From positions 53,630,001-53,694,000 of the forward strand of contig OZ024745.1 of the NCBI GenBank assembly GCA_964016885.1: 64,000 nucleotides of DNA. The letters run 5' to 3'. The translations under genes and the position numbers were made by a program. Position 1 is the stretch's first letter. Each line of letters starts with the position of its first letter. Below the pieces are notes generated by a model. It searched no databases, was not told where the DNA came from, and saw nothing but the letters and a program-made list of their open reading frames with translations. The stretch comes from Eledone cirrhosa (Eukaryota). Shown here in pieces: positions 45,128 to 59,334 of the stretch.

Positions 45128-45719
45128 AGGAGGAAATTATCCTGGATAGTTTGCACCACCAAAGACGAACACTAACCTGCTTATGGATATTTTAGTAAAA
45201 CGAAATTCCGACCCCTGCTAAATGTAGAATTATACTCCTAAAGCAATGGATGATACTCCCGTCATCCACATCATCAGCACTACCCGTCTCATAGAGCTGG
45301 GGATTTTGTTAAAATGCTAATAGTTTTTGTTTTTGTTGTTTTGTTTTATTTTGTTTTTGTTTTTGTTTTGTTTTTTACTAACTGGAATGACTGCTTGGAT
45401 ATTCGGCTGAAACTCATCTTGTGAACTTCTGTTTTCCCGTATCGGGACCCAGGAAGGCATACAGTTGTGTTAAAGAAATGTACGATTTTTCCTATCTAAA
45501 TGTAATTTCCAGAGGAACTTGGGAAGTTGGCCATTATTGATCTTCCTCATATAAAAAATACTTGGAGATTCAGATGTTTATTACACTTGAAAACTTATCT
45601 TTTGTTACCGTTGTGAATCAAGGGAATGTAGTTAACATAAGCAAGTTCCAAGAGAAAATGAGTAATAGGCCGTTCCATTGTAATTAGCGCGAAAATGTTC
45701 TGATGGAGGGCGTTCTATA

Positions 45720-46769
45720 TTCTTGAAAAACACCTACATAACAAAACTTACTACTACTAACAACAATAATAAACCAACAAATACTACAATAAAACCGTTA
45801 GTACCACGTACAACTTCGGTGACACAAACTATAACTACGTCAATAAAAACCAAAAACAGCAGAAATCTTCCCTGCACCGGTTACAAAGTTCGTGTACCAG
45901 CATTCTCCTTCAAACAACACAAGACATGAAACTACCATTGATTTTCTTCTAGCAATGAAGATAAATATGGAAAGTGTTAACGAAGTAAGTATACACCAAA
46001 CTAGAGTTCAAATCTCAAAACACGAAGATTTAGTGGACTCAAAAGTCAGAGACAAGAATTATGATAGTGTAGAGAAGCTGCCATACAAGCCCAAATTGCA
46101 ACAACAAATATAACAAAATAACAGCACAACTACAATAATCAATCCTCAACTTCATTGTAGTTCGAACGAGCAATAAGAAGTTGGTGATATATTTTATCAG
46201 AAGCAAAAGGAAACGTATAAACATGTTTGGCAATAAACACTAGTGAAGAAAGCACCAGAAATATATAAAACGCCAAGGAAAAGGAAGAAATTTCTAATTG
46301 ATGCGATGCTATTAAAAACAAACTTAACAATCGAAATTCCGGGGTACAAAACTTTATGGTGTTGTAAAACAATTACACCTTGCACCCTGAAATTAAGTGT
46401 GATCTCTCATTTCTTTCGTCAATAGCAATAATGAGAGTGGGATGTATAAATGCAGGTGAACTAAGTCATACCTGAATGCAAGGTCACCTGCTAAGATAAA
46501 ACAAATCTCGAGAATTATAAGTGATAGCCACCATTAATACAGAAATATCTGAACCACATGTACTTCCACTTCGAAAGTGACTCGCGGAGGTTTCCCCCCC
46601 TATTGGAGAATTTTTGTTGTTTGAATTTTTTTAATTTGTTTTTTACACATTTCTATTTTCTTGTTATAACCTTTTTACACGGCCAAAACCCACTTTGTAT
46701 CGTCCTATACCGTTCTGTGCCGTCTGTAATGTTTTTCTTCGTGTTAGCCCTTGTGGACAATAAAGAAAC

Positions 46770-46771
<2 letters not shown>
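45720..46771 (+). mobile_element. Older, internally deleted relative of the Tx1-type LINE
   Basis: 46430-46570 translates MRVGCINAGELSHT*MQGHLL (cf. LRIGSINARGLGSSWKQGHLL) and is joined directly to a 3' UTR matching 53050-53230, ending aataaagaaacc(att)n. 5' boundary uncertain. Confidence 0.7.
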
Positions 46772-46810
<39 letters not shown>

Positions 46811-46811
46811 G

Positions 46812-47250
46812 TGTTGTTCTTTGAGTCTCAGCACCTTCACCTGATCGTTTTCTATCACCGACTCTGGCTTATGCTCATACCACTTCTCAGAATGTGGTAA
46901 ATTGTTTACTTTGCATATGTGCCAGTGGATCAACCTGCCCATCACATCATGTCTCCAGCGTTTATAGTATGTCTGGGCTAGGTGTTTACACTCGGATACA
47001 ATGTGAGCCACAGTCTCCTCTCTCTCTCCACAGATCCTGCACAGTGGGCTAGCCTCATCCTTGTAAATATGGTGTTTCAGCCACTTCGTTTTGAGGGCCT
47101 GCTCTTGCGCAGCCATTAGCATTCCTTCTGTAGCCTTTTTAAGGTCTCCTCTTTTCAACCAGTTCCATGTCTGTGGATCTCTGAATTCAATTTTCTCAAA
47201 GAAGGTACTATGAAGGAATTTTTCATGAAGGTTGCTCTTTCTCCTTGTTG
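46812..47250 (-). mobile_element. R4/Dong-clade (RLE) non-LTR retrotransposon fragment
   Basis: LKKATEGMLMAAQEQAL...CRICGEREETVAHIVSECKHLA...RHD...WYEHKPESVIEND (CCHC and RHD motifs). Flanked by (TTA)n. Confidence 0.88.
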
Positions 47251-47253
47251 TTA

Positions 47254-47317
<64 letters not shown>

Positions 47318-47526
47318 GGCGACCTACGTAGGAAATCGTATTATCGTGAGCTCCGCAAAGGTTTGTTATTTCCGTTTGTTTAAAAATTGCCATTTATGGA
47401 AAATTTTATTGTAAACTGTTTATAAGCACACATACATTGTTTTCCGAAAAGGACACCCAAAAAGATTGGGGCCTTGTGCCCAAAATTTTAACTTTTATTA
47501 TTATCCAAAAATTTCTTTGAAAAAAA

Positions 47527-49513
47527 ATGGCTAATTCCCCTGTGCACGAAGCAGCTGAAAGCCTTCCTCACAAAATAACACCTCACACCGACACCACCAT
47601 TGTAAATGTTACTACGTTTGCCAACACAAAAAAAAATATAAGCAGTAGCAATATTTTAAATTTGTCTCAGGCAGACATTCATTTCCCGCCATTACCAATG
47701 ACTGCAGGTGTTAAACCCTCCACCACCACCACCACCGCGACAACCACCACCACCACCACCACCGCGACAACAGAAACAAAAGAAGAAAAAAATAAATTAA
47801 CTCGTGACGTCGAAATGAAATCAAGCAAAATGGACTCTTCCCCACCAAAGACGACTGACGTCACCACCACCACAACTGAAAATAAAATTAATATTAACGA
47901 TAGCAACAACAACAACAATGACATTATAAAACCGACCCTCAGTTTCGCCATCGTAGCAAAACAATTCGAAGCGTTCACGGTAACTCAAGAAGATTTAGAA
48001 AATGCCAAACAAATGGTAAAGAAAGATGGGTACAGGGTCAGCCTCACCCCCCACCTAATAAAATGGAGCATCGGCGCCTGTGCACCGTGTCGTATAGAAC
48101 AATAAATGTAAAATCGCGCCGAGTGGAACGGGCATCCGAGTCCCAAATCCAAAAAGCTTTGGGACATGTGTGGGCAAGAAAAACCCACATCAGACGTGGG
48201 CAAAAGTATGGAACCGTGGATGTGTTCTTTGAAACACCAGAGGAGGCTAGAGAACACTCCATGGCCCCATTAAAAAGTGACGACCTCACACTCGTCCTAA
48301 GCTATTGTGGCCAGAGACTCGTAAAGATCAGGGTGACCCACGTTCCACCGGCCATCGAAATTCCCTGGCTAATAGCGGCTGTCCTCGCCGGCATCGAAGC
48401 CAACACGAAAATAATAGCAGTAGCAAAAGAAAAGCAGGAAAACTGGTCCGGATCTGGGATGGAGCTCCTGATCCAAGCGGACCAAAAAAGCATTGAGGAG
48501 ATCCCAGAGGTAATAGACCTCACTTACGGCAGCCACCTCACGGTAATTGTCGAGGGCAGAAGACCTAGGTGTGTCGTTTGTGGTGAAGGAACCCACCTAA
48601 GGGCTTTCTGCCCTCAGGCTAAAAGGTTGAGGCCACCTCTCCTACCCACCCCAGTGACACAACCATCAACACCACCAGTAGCAGAGATGGCAGCAACAAC
48701 TGTAGCAGCAACAACAGAAGCAACTATAACAGCAACAACCCCAGCAACAGTAGCAAAACCAACACCACTACCACCACCAGCAAAACCAACACCACCACCA
48801 CCCAACGCTTCAGAACTAGCACCAGCGCCTACACCATCCACCACACCACAACCAAAACTAACGGCTGTGGAGGATTTTCCACTCCCCGGCCTATCACAAC
48901 TGGAGACAGATTGTGACGACGAGGAGTGGGAAACGATATCCGGAAAAAAAAAAAAAGAAACCAAAAAAGAAAAAATTCTCTTCCTTCCCCCTCCAAAAAC
49001 AAAATACAGAGGGAAACAAATAAACTAAGAAACAAAAAAGTTAGGACAGATATGCCACCATCCACACCAGCATCACCAACCCCATCAACCCAAACACCAA
49101 CACCATCACCATCATTAACTCCTACACCACCATCACCTACACCACAAAAGTCACCAAAATGCGAAACAGAAACAAACCCACAACAAACGCAAACAAAACA
49201 AAACAACCAAAACGATACACACTACACAGCATTAAATTTGAACAACAAGCAATTATTGCACTACATCCAACACAACACCAGCATCACAGAAAAAGACTAC
49301 ACAACAACCCCAAAATTCACACCACCTCCACACATACAAATCACTCGCATCACACAGAAAACGTACATGACACTAAAACAAAAATTCCCCAAAGACATCG
49401 GAGACTTCCGACAAGCACTCTCCAGGAGGATTTATAAGGACATCATTCCTGAGGAGGCCACAAGCAGTGAAAAGGATGGAAAAGCCGTCCTTCCCCTACG
49501 AGAAGTAAGGTAA
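47527..49513 (+). pseudogene. LINE ORF1 (frameshifted; CCHC zinc knuckle, Pro/Thr-rich)
   Basis: Three overlapping ORFs (47527-48105, 48063-49028, 48926-49513), EGRRPRCVVCGEGTHLRAFCP, frameshifts at A-runs. Confidence 0.8.
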
Positions 49514-49547
49514 GTGGTCTTTCCCATCTTTTCCACTCCTTTTCAAC

Positions 49548-52500
49548 ATGACCTCACTCAGAATAGGCAGCATAAATGCGCGTGGCTTGGGATCGTCATG
49601 GAAGCAGGGCCACCTGCTCAACGACCTCAGGTCACTAAACATAGATGTAGTGGCCATCAGCGAGACCAGAATCTCCGAAGCACAGGCTTTCGCACCGATC
49701 TTCGGCGGCTACGATGTGTACGCATCTCCCAGCCGTCCGGGATCGGGGGGAGGAGTTGCTGTGCTTTTTCGGAGAGGTTTGGATCTTGCCATACGGGCCA
49801 TCTTCCTGGACCCAGAAGGTAAGTTGGTGGTGCTGGACGTGACCAGCGGAGACGGGCAAGCTTTCAGGTTAGTGGCCGTCTATGCCCCGACAGGAGCAGG
49901 GCGGCCTGATTTCTTCCGGCGTCTGGAGACCTTTCTTGGAACGTCCCGCTCTTTAGTGTTAGTGGGCGACTGGAACGGGATCTTAGATGCACGCTGGGAT
50001 TGTGTGGGATTAGTGGATAGGGAAGGAGGGTGCAAGAGTCTCACCAACCTGCTCAGACGTTTTGAACTGTCTGACAGGTACCGAATGGATTTCCCGAATG
50101 TACCAATGTGGACTTGGACAAATCGCATAGGGTCATCCAGATCATATCTAGATAGAGTATTTTGTAGGGAAATAGATAGGTCTAGCATAGGCTGTCCACA
50201 ATTCAAGATAGTCAGCTACACGGACCACAAATTCGTGATCTGTGTGCTTGACTTAGATAGGCTTCATAGACGAGGACCCGGCTACTGGAAGTTAAACGCG
50301 TCCTTACCAGCGCGCAAGGCCTACAGAGACCGGATTAGCGAACTAGTTAAGCGGGCGTTGACGGGGGCCATCGTTAACAACAAGTGGTGGTTTGCTCTGA
50401 AAAGAGCAATTAGAATAGAGTCCATTAGGTTTAGTAAGACTTTAGCAATAGAGAAAAATAGAGCAGAGGGAGAATTAGTTAGAAAATTAGATGAGGCGCT
50501 TAGCAAAGGCATCGCGACCGACGTACTTGCGGCGAAATTGGCCCTTGACCAATTCTTCAATGCAAAGCACGAAGGCTGCGTTGTCAGAGCTAGGGTGCGT
50601 GCTCTCAGACACGAGGGGACGAAAGCCGTTCAATGGGTCCGAGTGGCGGAGGCGCGTCGTGGCAACAAAGCCACGATCCGGTCTTTGGTGGACCACGACG
50701 GGCGCATGCTACTCGATCCCGGGCAAATGTGTGAAGCTTTTCAGCGACACTTCGCTCAACTGTTCGGGGGCAGTGGCGGGCCGGATCGAGGAATGGACTT
50801 TAGTGTCTACCTCGACGGACTGCCGCGGCTTTCGGCCACTGAGGCGGAGTGTTGCGAAAAGCCGATAACAACCGCTGAAGTACGGGATGCAATGACTAGT
50901 TGCACAAGGGGTAAATCGTCTGGTTTGGATGGTCTGCCCTATGAACTTTACGTACAAATGCCAAACTTGTTCGGAGGCCTCTTGGCGGACGTCTACTGCA
51001 ACTGGCAACAGAACGGGAGAATTCCCAGCTCTGTGAGCCGAGGAGCGGTGGCGCTGCTGAGAAAGGATCCGAACAAGGGGGATAACATAGATAATTTTAG
51101 GCCCATAACTCTGCTAAACACAGAGTTCAAGATTTTGGCCAAGGTGCTAGCAAAGAGGTTGGCGCTTGTCGTTGGTGGTCTGGTGGGAGAGGCACAGACA
51201 TGCGCCATTCCCGACAGATCCATCCACGACAACCTCCACCTCATGCGATACATCGTAGAGAGGGTAGCTAGGGAACCTGGCACGGGTGGGTCTTTGATCA
51301 ATTTAGATCGTCGAAAGCCTTCGATAGGGTCGACCATCGTTACCTAACGGCAGTCCTGAGGGCGGCTGGCTTTGGGCCCGTCTTCAGAGGCTGGATCGCT
51401 GCCATGCACAGCGACATCTGCTCTGTAGTGAGAGTGAACGGTCACCTTTCGGAACCGTTCAACATCATGCGCTCGGTCCGCCAAGGATGTCCCCTCTCGT
51501 CCCTATTGTACGCATTGACTCTTGAGCCATTACTGCACAAACTGGAGACGTTGAGGGGGGTCCCGCGCGAACTAGGATGCGGAAGATCCGTGTCAGCATA
51601 TGCCGACGATGTCACCGTAGTGGTGTCGAACGCCAAACACATCGAGGCGATCGGCACTACACTAAGAGAATACGAAGCGGTGACAGGAGCAATGATCAAC
51701 CAGGAAAAGTCAGTGGGCCTGCAGCTCGGCACCTGGAGAGGTAGGTCCATGCCGTCCAACAGCGTCGTCGGGCGCGGGACGGACGGACCGGTTAAATTGC
51801 TAGGGGTCTGGTTCGGTCCAGACCTCCAGACGGACAAAAACTGGGACGAGGTGACGAGCAGGGTGACTTCTCTCACCCAGAAATGGGCCGAGAGGAAGCT
51901 ATCCCTGAAAGGTCGAGCGGAGGTGGCGAATGCGTACATCGCATCCGTCATCTACTACCGCCTGACCGTCGTACCTTGTCCTAAGCCCCGCCTGACTGCG
52001 CTGGAGCGTTTGCTCTTTCGCTTCTTGTGGAAGGGACGCGCCCCGATGGTCAGGCGGTCCATCTGCTGTCAACACCCGCTACGTGGAGGGCTGGGCATGC
52101 CGTGGCTGATGATGCGCAGACACGCGCTCAGGCTACGACATCTCCACCTCTTCCTCGACGGTGATCAGGTGTGGTCGCCGTTTGCAAGACACGTTTTTCC
52201 CCAGCTCGTCTCCTTGACGGAGCTGCAGTCCTGGGTCAAGCGAAGACCGAGAGGGAGCGCTTGGAGATTGGAATGTCTTCAGGCGCTCACAGCCCTCGAC
52301 CAATCGGGCAATGTGATCGGTGGAAACTCCACCTTGGCGTTCTATAGGGGATTAGTGGAGGGGAAGAGCGACGACGTACTTGGAGAAACTCTAGGCGTCG
52401 ACGAAAATCAACTAGCCAATCTCTTCGGAAGGACTTTCGGGCCGGGGCTTATGGACAACTTCCAGAAATCCCTGGCCTGGCAGTGCTACCGAGGAGCTTT

Positions 52501-52966
52501 GCCAGTTCGGGATAAACTCTACAGGCATGGAGGTGCCGTCAGCCGGGCATGTCCGAGATGCGCGCAGGGCGACGAAACCGTCCTGCACGCACTCGTCCAG
52601 TGTCCGAGCATTGCTGACTTGTGGGTTTATGTCGAACACCTGCTGTCACGTGTAGGACGGATCCAGCTATCAGCTGAGTCCATCGTGAGGATTGCCCCAC
52701 CCCCTTCCTTTAGCCTGGAAGGGCAGGCAGTTTTTATCTGTCTGGTGGCCATGGCGAAAGAGATAGTATGGTGGACACGTTTGAAAGGGCTGAAGACGAG
52801 CACTTACCTCTTCGGTGATGCCCTGATTAACTTTTTCAAATTTCATTTGAAAAGGAAAATCAGGGTAGAGAGGGAAGTGCTCTGTTCCCAGCATTTTGTT
52901 GAAAGATGGGTGAGAGAAGCAAGTATGGCCCGAATGAATGGGCCTTCTCTGAGTATGTGTCTGTAA
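49548..52966 (+). pseudogene. LINE ORF2 (APE endonuclease, RT, C-terminal zinc finger) with a single frameshift at ~51310
   Basis: SINARGL, ISET, VYAP, GDWN, YLDR, YTDH; FRPITLLN; LD(Q)SKAFDRV broken by a 1-nt deletion; RQGCPLS, YADD; CPRC..ETVLHALVQC. Confidence 0.95.
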
Positions 52967-53239
52967 ATTAAAGGTGGAAAACTGGGAGAGGGCACTTGCC
53001 CTGGTGGTCAGGGCCGCTGTGGTCTTTTAATGGGCTTTCTCCACAAATGTCCCTTGGAAGTCTCCCCCCTATTGGGGAATTTTTCTTTGTTATTTTATTT
53101 CAACCTCTGTTTTTTTACACGCAGAAATGCCCATTTGTACCGTCCTGTATTGTCCTGTACCGTCCTGTATTGTCCTGTACTGTCCTTAATGTCTACTTTA
53201 TGTGAACCCTTGTGGTTAATAAAGAAAACATTATTATTA

Positions 53240-53285
<46 letters not shown>

Positions 53286-53857
53286 CATCATCATCATCAT
53301 CATCACTACCATCGTCATCATCAACACCTCCACTACCATCATCATCATCATCATCATCGCCATCGTTACTATTTACAATTCCTTGGTTTTGATTTGGAAG
53401 GATACTGTCATTTCATTAACTCTTTCGGCAAATCTGTTTGTCGTACGAATGCATTTTAAGCAAGAAATTTAGTATATCTATTCAAACTAACAGTAAATTA
53501 CCTTTTCTTCCTTTTGCTGAGACCTTCGTCTTCTTTATTGTGAAGTTCATACGTATTCCTTGTGCCACGGAGGCATTTTTTGTGTGCTTTGATTGGTTTA
53601 TTTTTAAATTCAATTCATTCTCTTTGCAGATATTTCTACAGAATTGTAGTATTACTCTTTTAGGCGAGGGTATTTTCTGACTACTTTGTTTATATTCATA
53701 AATCATTTTATTTTGCTGCAATTAATCTATTCTTTTATCAAACCTCTTTATTCTCTGCTTTTCCGCCTTTGGCTCTTGGATAATGTTTTCATTTTGTTTT
53801 TTTAATCATATTTCTGCTCATCTGTAATTTTATGCCATTTATGTAGTTTTACTTGTC

Positions 53858-53948
<91 letters not shown>

Positions 53949-56001
53949 TTTCTCTCTCTCTCTCTATCTATCTCTCCATCTATCTCTATCTCCATCTCTA
54001 ACTCTCTCTATATCTCTCTATCCTTCTCTCTCTCTCTCTCCTTCTCTCTCTCTTCCTCTCTCTTTCTTTCTCTCTCCCTCTCTCTCTCGCTCTCTATATA
54101 TTTGTCTTTCTCCCTCTCTTGGATTTCAGATATTATTGCTGTTTTTATAAACTATGTTCTGCTGTTTATTTTGTAATATTTTTCATTGATTTCAATGTCG
54201 GCCATTGTATAATATGTTAGTTATATTTATGTTATTTCATTCTAGTTTTATCACTATTTATATAGCTTCTGTAGTTGGATTTATTATTGTTCTAGTGTTT
54301 ATATTGTATGGTATCTTTGTTTGGGGTGGTGCTGCTGGCGACTGTACTATGTGACGTCTACTGATTCTAATTTCACCGTTCACTGTGCTAAACGTAGTGA
54401 GAATCAGCTTTCTTGCTGGATAGTAATATCGGTTTGTCCCTGGCTTTCTTTTTACTGTCTTTTAAGAGAGGGAAGGACATGCCCACGACCCTTTTCAGCG
54501 CCTTCGAGATTAATGGAAAGGAGAATGGTATCATCGTACTACAAACCTAGTACGAAGTCTTGCAGCTGAGTGGATTCCGCTAAAGACATTAAAGGGTCTG
54601 GTAGTGGTGTTTCACTAAGAGACCTATTAAATCTACCGTCCAAGTAAGCCACAACAGTATTTTAACTCAAACCACAAAGAGCCGAGACAACTACTACAAG
54701 GCATACCAATAATTCTATTAATCCACCGCCTTGAACAGTTACTATATCGACCGTGGAAGGATGAAAGGTAAAGTTAGCTTAGTTGGGACTTAAACTCAGT
54801 GTAGGGAGCCGAAACAAACACCACAAGCCATTTCGTCCTCAATGCTAACGATTCTATCAGTTCGCTCCAAGCATTGTAAAACTAACGAAACATTCAACAG
54901 TTTAAAACTGATGATTTGTATTAACCATAATTCTGTTTTGCACATTTCAGTCAAAGTATGGCCTTTAAATTCAACTGTTTTAATCTTTTAGCTTATTTTT
55001 TTAATTAGTTAAGTGGTGACACGGTAACAGAAATATTATGGTTGTGATAGTAATTCATATAATGAATACTCCGTCGGTATCTATGATGAGCATTCGTTTG
55101 TTCGATTAACTGAACGTTCTACTTGTTAAATTAATTTGTAAGTAGTTGAGTATTCTACACGTGTACACTTAACGTTATTTCCACGCCGAATGTAACATAA
55201 TTGCAGCCACAGTTACTGATAGAAAACTGTGTATTATATTGAGAACGGCAAATAGCTAAGTCAATATGTTTTATTCAGCTGTGAGCATTCGTTGTCTATG
55301 GTAAAGTCTCTTAGATTATTGACGGCCATGACCACTTAACTATAAGTTATTATTTAGACTCTAGGTAAACTTGGTTAAGCAGACTTATAATCAGGGGCAT
55401 TTCACCCATGAGAATATTTTGTTTTATTTTTTATGAATATCAGGACTACATAGTTAAACTTGTCTTTCTTTTCAAGAGCTACAGTGTGGTCTGCAGGTGA
55501 TGTGTCTGTTAGTTCTTACGAGTCAAGTGACCACATTTAAGCTTCCTTCATAGACGTGAATGCTATATGGTGCTATAAACAATGCAAGTACTGTAGTTAT
55601 TAATGAGTATTTTGTTGTCTTAGAGTATTTCATTGAAAACTCGTTGTGTGCAAGAGACGAACATTTTGAACTTAACGTCCCTATCGACGTAACTGTAAAA
55701 AGATTTGAGCTTTTAATATAAATCATGGTAATAAACACTGCCGACATCATTAATTTTGGTTCAAAAAATTGGAACAAGGCCTCAAATATTCTTTCTCGCT
55801 TTCTATTCTATGCTATACTGTACAAGTTATCCTGGGCTCCCTAAACACAGGAAAATCGGGATAGCCACGCCCGGGATGCATTTGTCCATAGGTCTGCTCG
55901 ATCAGTTCTTACCTGGGCTAAGGAACAACCGGTATTTATTTCATCGTTCGGGAATAGTGCAAGTCTTCTACTACTACTACTACTACGACTACTACTACTA
56001 T

Positions 56002-56080
<79 letters not shown>

Positions 56081-57712
56081 TGATGTTCCGTTTTGCCTGA
56101 TCAACTAAATGTGTGATCAAAAGAATTCCAGTCATGAACTGCTAATCGTTTTTATTTTTGTTTTGATATTTTTTTATTTTATTTTATTTTTATTTTTAAG
56201 TGGCTGTGTAGCACTGCATTATCCACTGTTTTCTTCTCGTATTTTAACATGGAAATACGTGGATTGAGAGAGTATTGACTGATGTTTCCAACAAGTCAAA
56301 GGAATGTTTAAAGGCTCCATTCTTAGCTCATTTTTAATGATGTGGAGATTTTCTTTATTAGCCTCAAAACTTTGAACTCATGAAATTCATATTTCACAAA
56401 GAGGAATATTCATGATATCAGAAATATAATAGTTTACAGAAAATTCTAAACAAGAAGGTAATGATAACTCCTCAAAAATTCAAAGACGGTGAAAAGTAAA
56501 TTTATCCAATAATTCAACTATAACAAACCATAAAAGTGAAATGAAATTTAAAAAAAAAAGAAATAAACTGAAGACAATACTGAAAATCAGTTTTGACATT
56601 TATAGAAATGTAAAAGGTAGAAATAGCATTGTTATTGTTATTACTGTTGTTATTATTGCTATTGTTGGTGGTGGGGTAATGTATAACCCTCAAGGCAACA
56701 CTAATCGGGTGGAACAAGGATTAAAGACGTTCCTCTCTTGACCTTTCCATCGATGGTCTAGCCTACCAAAATAACAATTCTTAGTTCATGGCTGCTTTTT
56801 GTGGAGTTCCTTGTTATGCAAGCAAAATAGATCTTCAGTTAGATGATTCCCTGCAGCTGAAAGCCAAAACCACTTTATCCAATGTGTCCTTTTCTAAGAC
56901 GGTGCGGTGTGATTTGAGAGATATTTAGTTATTGGATGCTTTCTTTCTTCCTGAAAAACTAAGAATTTTGAGCTTCTGTCATCTGTATTGTAGTAGTTCT
57001 ATGCCCGCCAGATCCTTTTTCGCCCTTGTAGAAGAGCCGGTTTTATTGAAGTATATATCAATTCTGTTTATAGTAGGCAGAAAAATGGGATTTTCTTCTT
57101 CTTCAGTAACTCGTGTATTTCAAAATATATTGTGCCTGCTTCGAGAAAAATAGCAATTTAATTTTTAATATCCATATAAGCATAGAATTTCTTTTTCTTT
57201 GAAGGCATATCAAACACGAAAGAAAATACATGGCTTAATCTGGCTATTCAAGTTGTAATTAGAGCTATTTATGCACAACTTTTGATTCCAACGTTAAAAT
57301 AAATTTCTTCAACACTTCGTTTAAAAGGAAACCTAAAGTACACCTGTTCATATTTTAATACTTTCTAAAAAAATTTGTTATCATGAATAACAATCCAAAA
57401 TAACCCTATCATCCATATTCTGTATGTAAAAGTTTATTCTCTTCTGTTTTACCTGAGATAATGGCCCTTAAGGAAAATATTTCAAAATCTAGAAATTTTG
57501 AGTTTCGTTTTTCTTCGTAAATGTCTATATGCAACATTGTAAAACACATTTTTCTCTTTAAAATGCTATTAAGAGCCTGTGGGGAAACTATTGCAGCGTT
57601 TGAAGGAGATAACCTATTGAAATTGCAATATCTATTACATTTTAAGATCCTATATTTGCAAAAACAGATTTGGCTCACTTTTCATCGTGTGTGTGTGTAT
57701 GTGTGTGTGTAT

Positions 57713-57811
<99 letters not shown>

Positions 57812-58149
57812 AGAGATTATCTTATATTTAGTGGCACATAACACAAGCAACGAGCAAAAACTTGCGTGTGCATTCGAGGATTTTGTTTGCATACGCCATC
57901 TTCTGTTTGAGTGCGGGCGGGTGTGTGTGCACGTGTGTATGTGCTTGTGTGTGTGTGTTTGCGCGTGTGTGTGTGTGTCTGTGTATGTGTGTGTCTGTGT
58001 GTGTGTGCGTGCGTGTGTGTAACTGTCTGTCTGTCTGTCTGTCTATCAGTCTGTGTCTGTGTGTGTGTGTGTGTGTGTGCGTGCGTCTGTCTGTGTGTGT
58101 GTGTTTACATAATAACCTTCAATTCTTTCTACAATGAGATTAAAAGAGA

Positions 58150-58334
58150 TAATTGTTTCTACTTTTGGCACAGGGCCAGCAATTACCCAGTGTGTTACTG
58201 GTACTTTATTTTATCAACCCCGTAAGGATGAAAGGCAAAGTTAACCTCGGCGGGATTTGAACTCAGAATGGCAAGGGCCGTAACTCTATGCGTCAAAGCA
58301 TGGTGTCCGACCCTCTACCGATACTGCCAATCCA
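58150..58334 (-). mobile_element. tRNA-derived SINE, near full length
   Basis: Reverse complement of the 10078-10265 family. Confidence 0.9.
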
Positions 58335-58651
58335 AGAGATAATACTCTTGTGTACTACTTATTGTCATGATGTTTGTTATATCTTTCCAAACTTCCATTT
58401 GAAGGTGCTGATATATTTTTCACCACAGCAAATCAACTCCCGGCTGGAGTCCAAGGTGGACATAACGTGATGCGTACAACTGCTGATTGAATTCGTTACT
58501 GGTGCATTGCAAATGCATCAGTGTATATAGACTTTATACGCATGAAACGAGTTGTATTGTAAATCTCTTATAATATTTGTGCTTCAGATTATTATACATT
58601 TAACTCTGCTACCAAAACAGTGGGTGCAGTCGTTATCTATTTACCCACTTA

Positions 58652-58707
<56 letters not shown>

Positions 58708-58768
58708 AAAAAGATGAAATCGAAAATGCAACTGGAGTCTTTTTTTTTTTAAATATATATTTATTTGG

Positions 58769-58810
58769 CTCCTTTACCGGTTTCGCAGTTCTTCTGCTTT
58801 TCAAAAGTAG
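58769..58810 (-). ncRNA. Minimal hammerhead ribozyme with U3-A8 core variant
   Basis: Minus strand: ctactt-TTGAAAA-gcag-aagaa-ctgc-GAAAC-cg-GTA-aaggag then aataaa. Palindromic stem III accggt. Inside a ~135-bp insert in (TA)n. Confidence 0.7.
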
Positions 58811-58838
58811 AATTGAGATGGAGGGTTTGTGGTTTTTC

Positions 58839-58958
<120 letters not shown>

Positions 58959-59094
58959 ATATATATGTATAAATATAGTTTCCATTTGTTAATATATTGT
59001 ATTTTTACTCCAAAAATTTGTTGAGTGCTTTATATCAGTTATAAAAATATTTGCTTGTTGTATCCCAACAAATTAAATATAACTTCTACATATA

Positions 59095-59227
<133 letters not shown>

Positions 59228-59296
59228 AGTTAAAAACAAAAACAATAACAAAGAGTGCAGTTACGAACAGTGTTGTGTTGGTATTAGGTTCCCGCT

Positions 59297-59334
<38 letters not shown>

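Larger units (their letters stand above)
47318..53230 (+). mobile_element. Near full-length Tx1/L1-clade LINE inserted in (ATT)n
   Basis: ORF1 + ORF2 + 3' UTR with AATAAA. (ATT)n on both flanks. Confidence 0.95.

Noticed and set aside
45240-45285. Minus-strand CTGATGA followed by a tggatga/tcatcca hairpin
   Set aside because: GAAA and stems I/III not found
56930-57680. Possible minus-strand coding exons (also 16930-17010 minus and 59727-59821 plus)
   Set aside because: In-frame stops or weak splice sites, and no recognisable protein similarity
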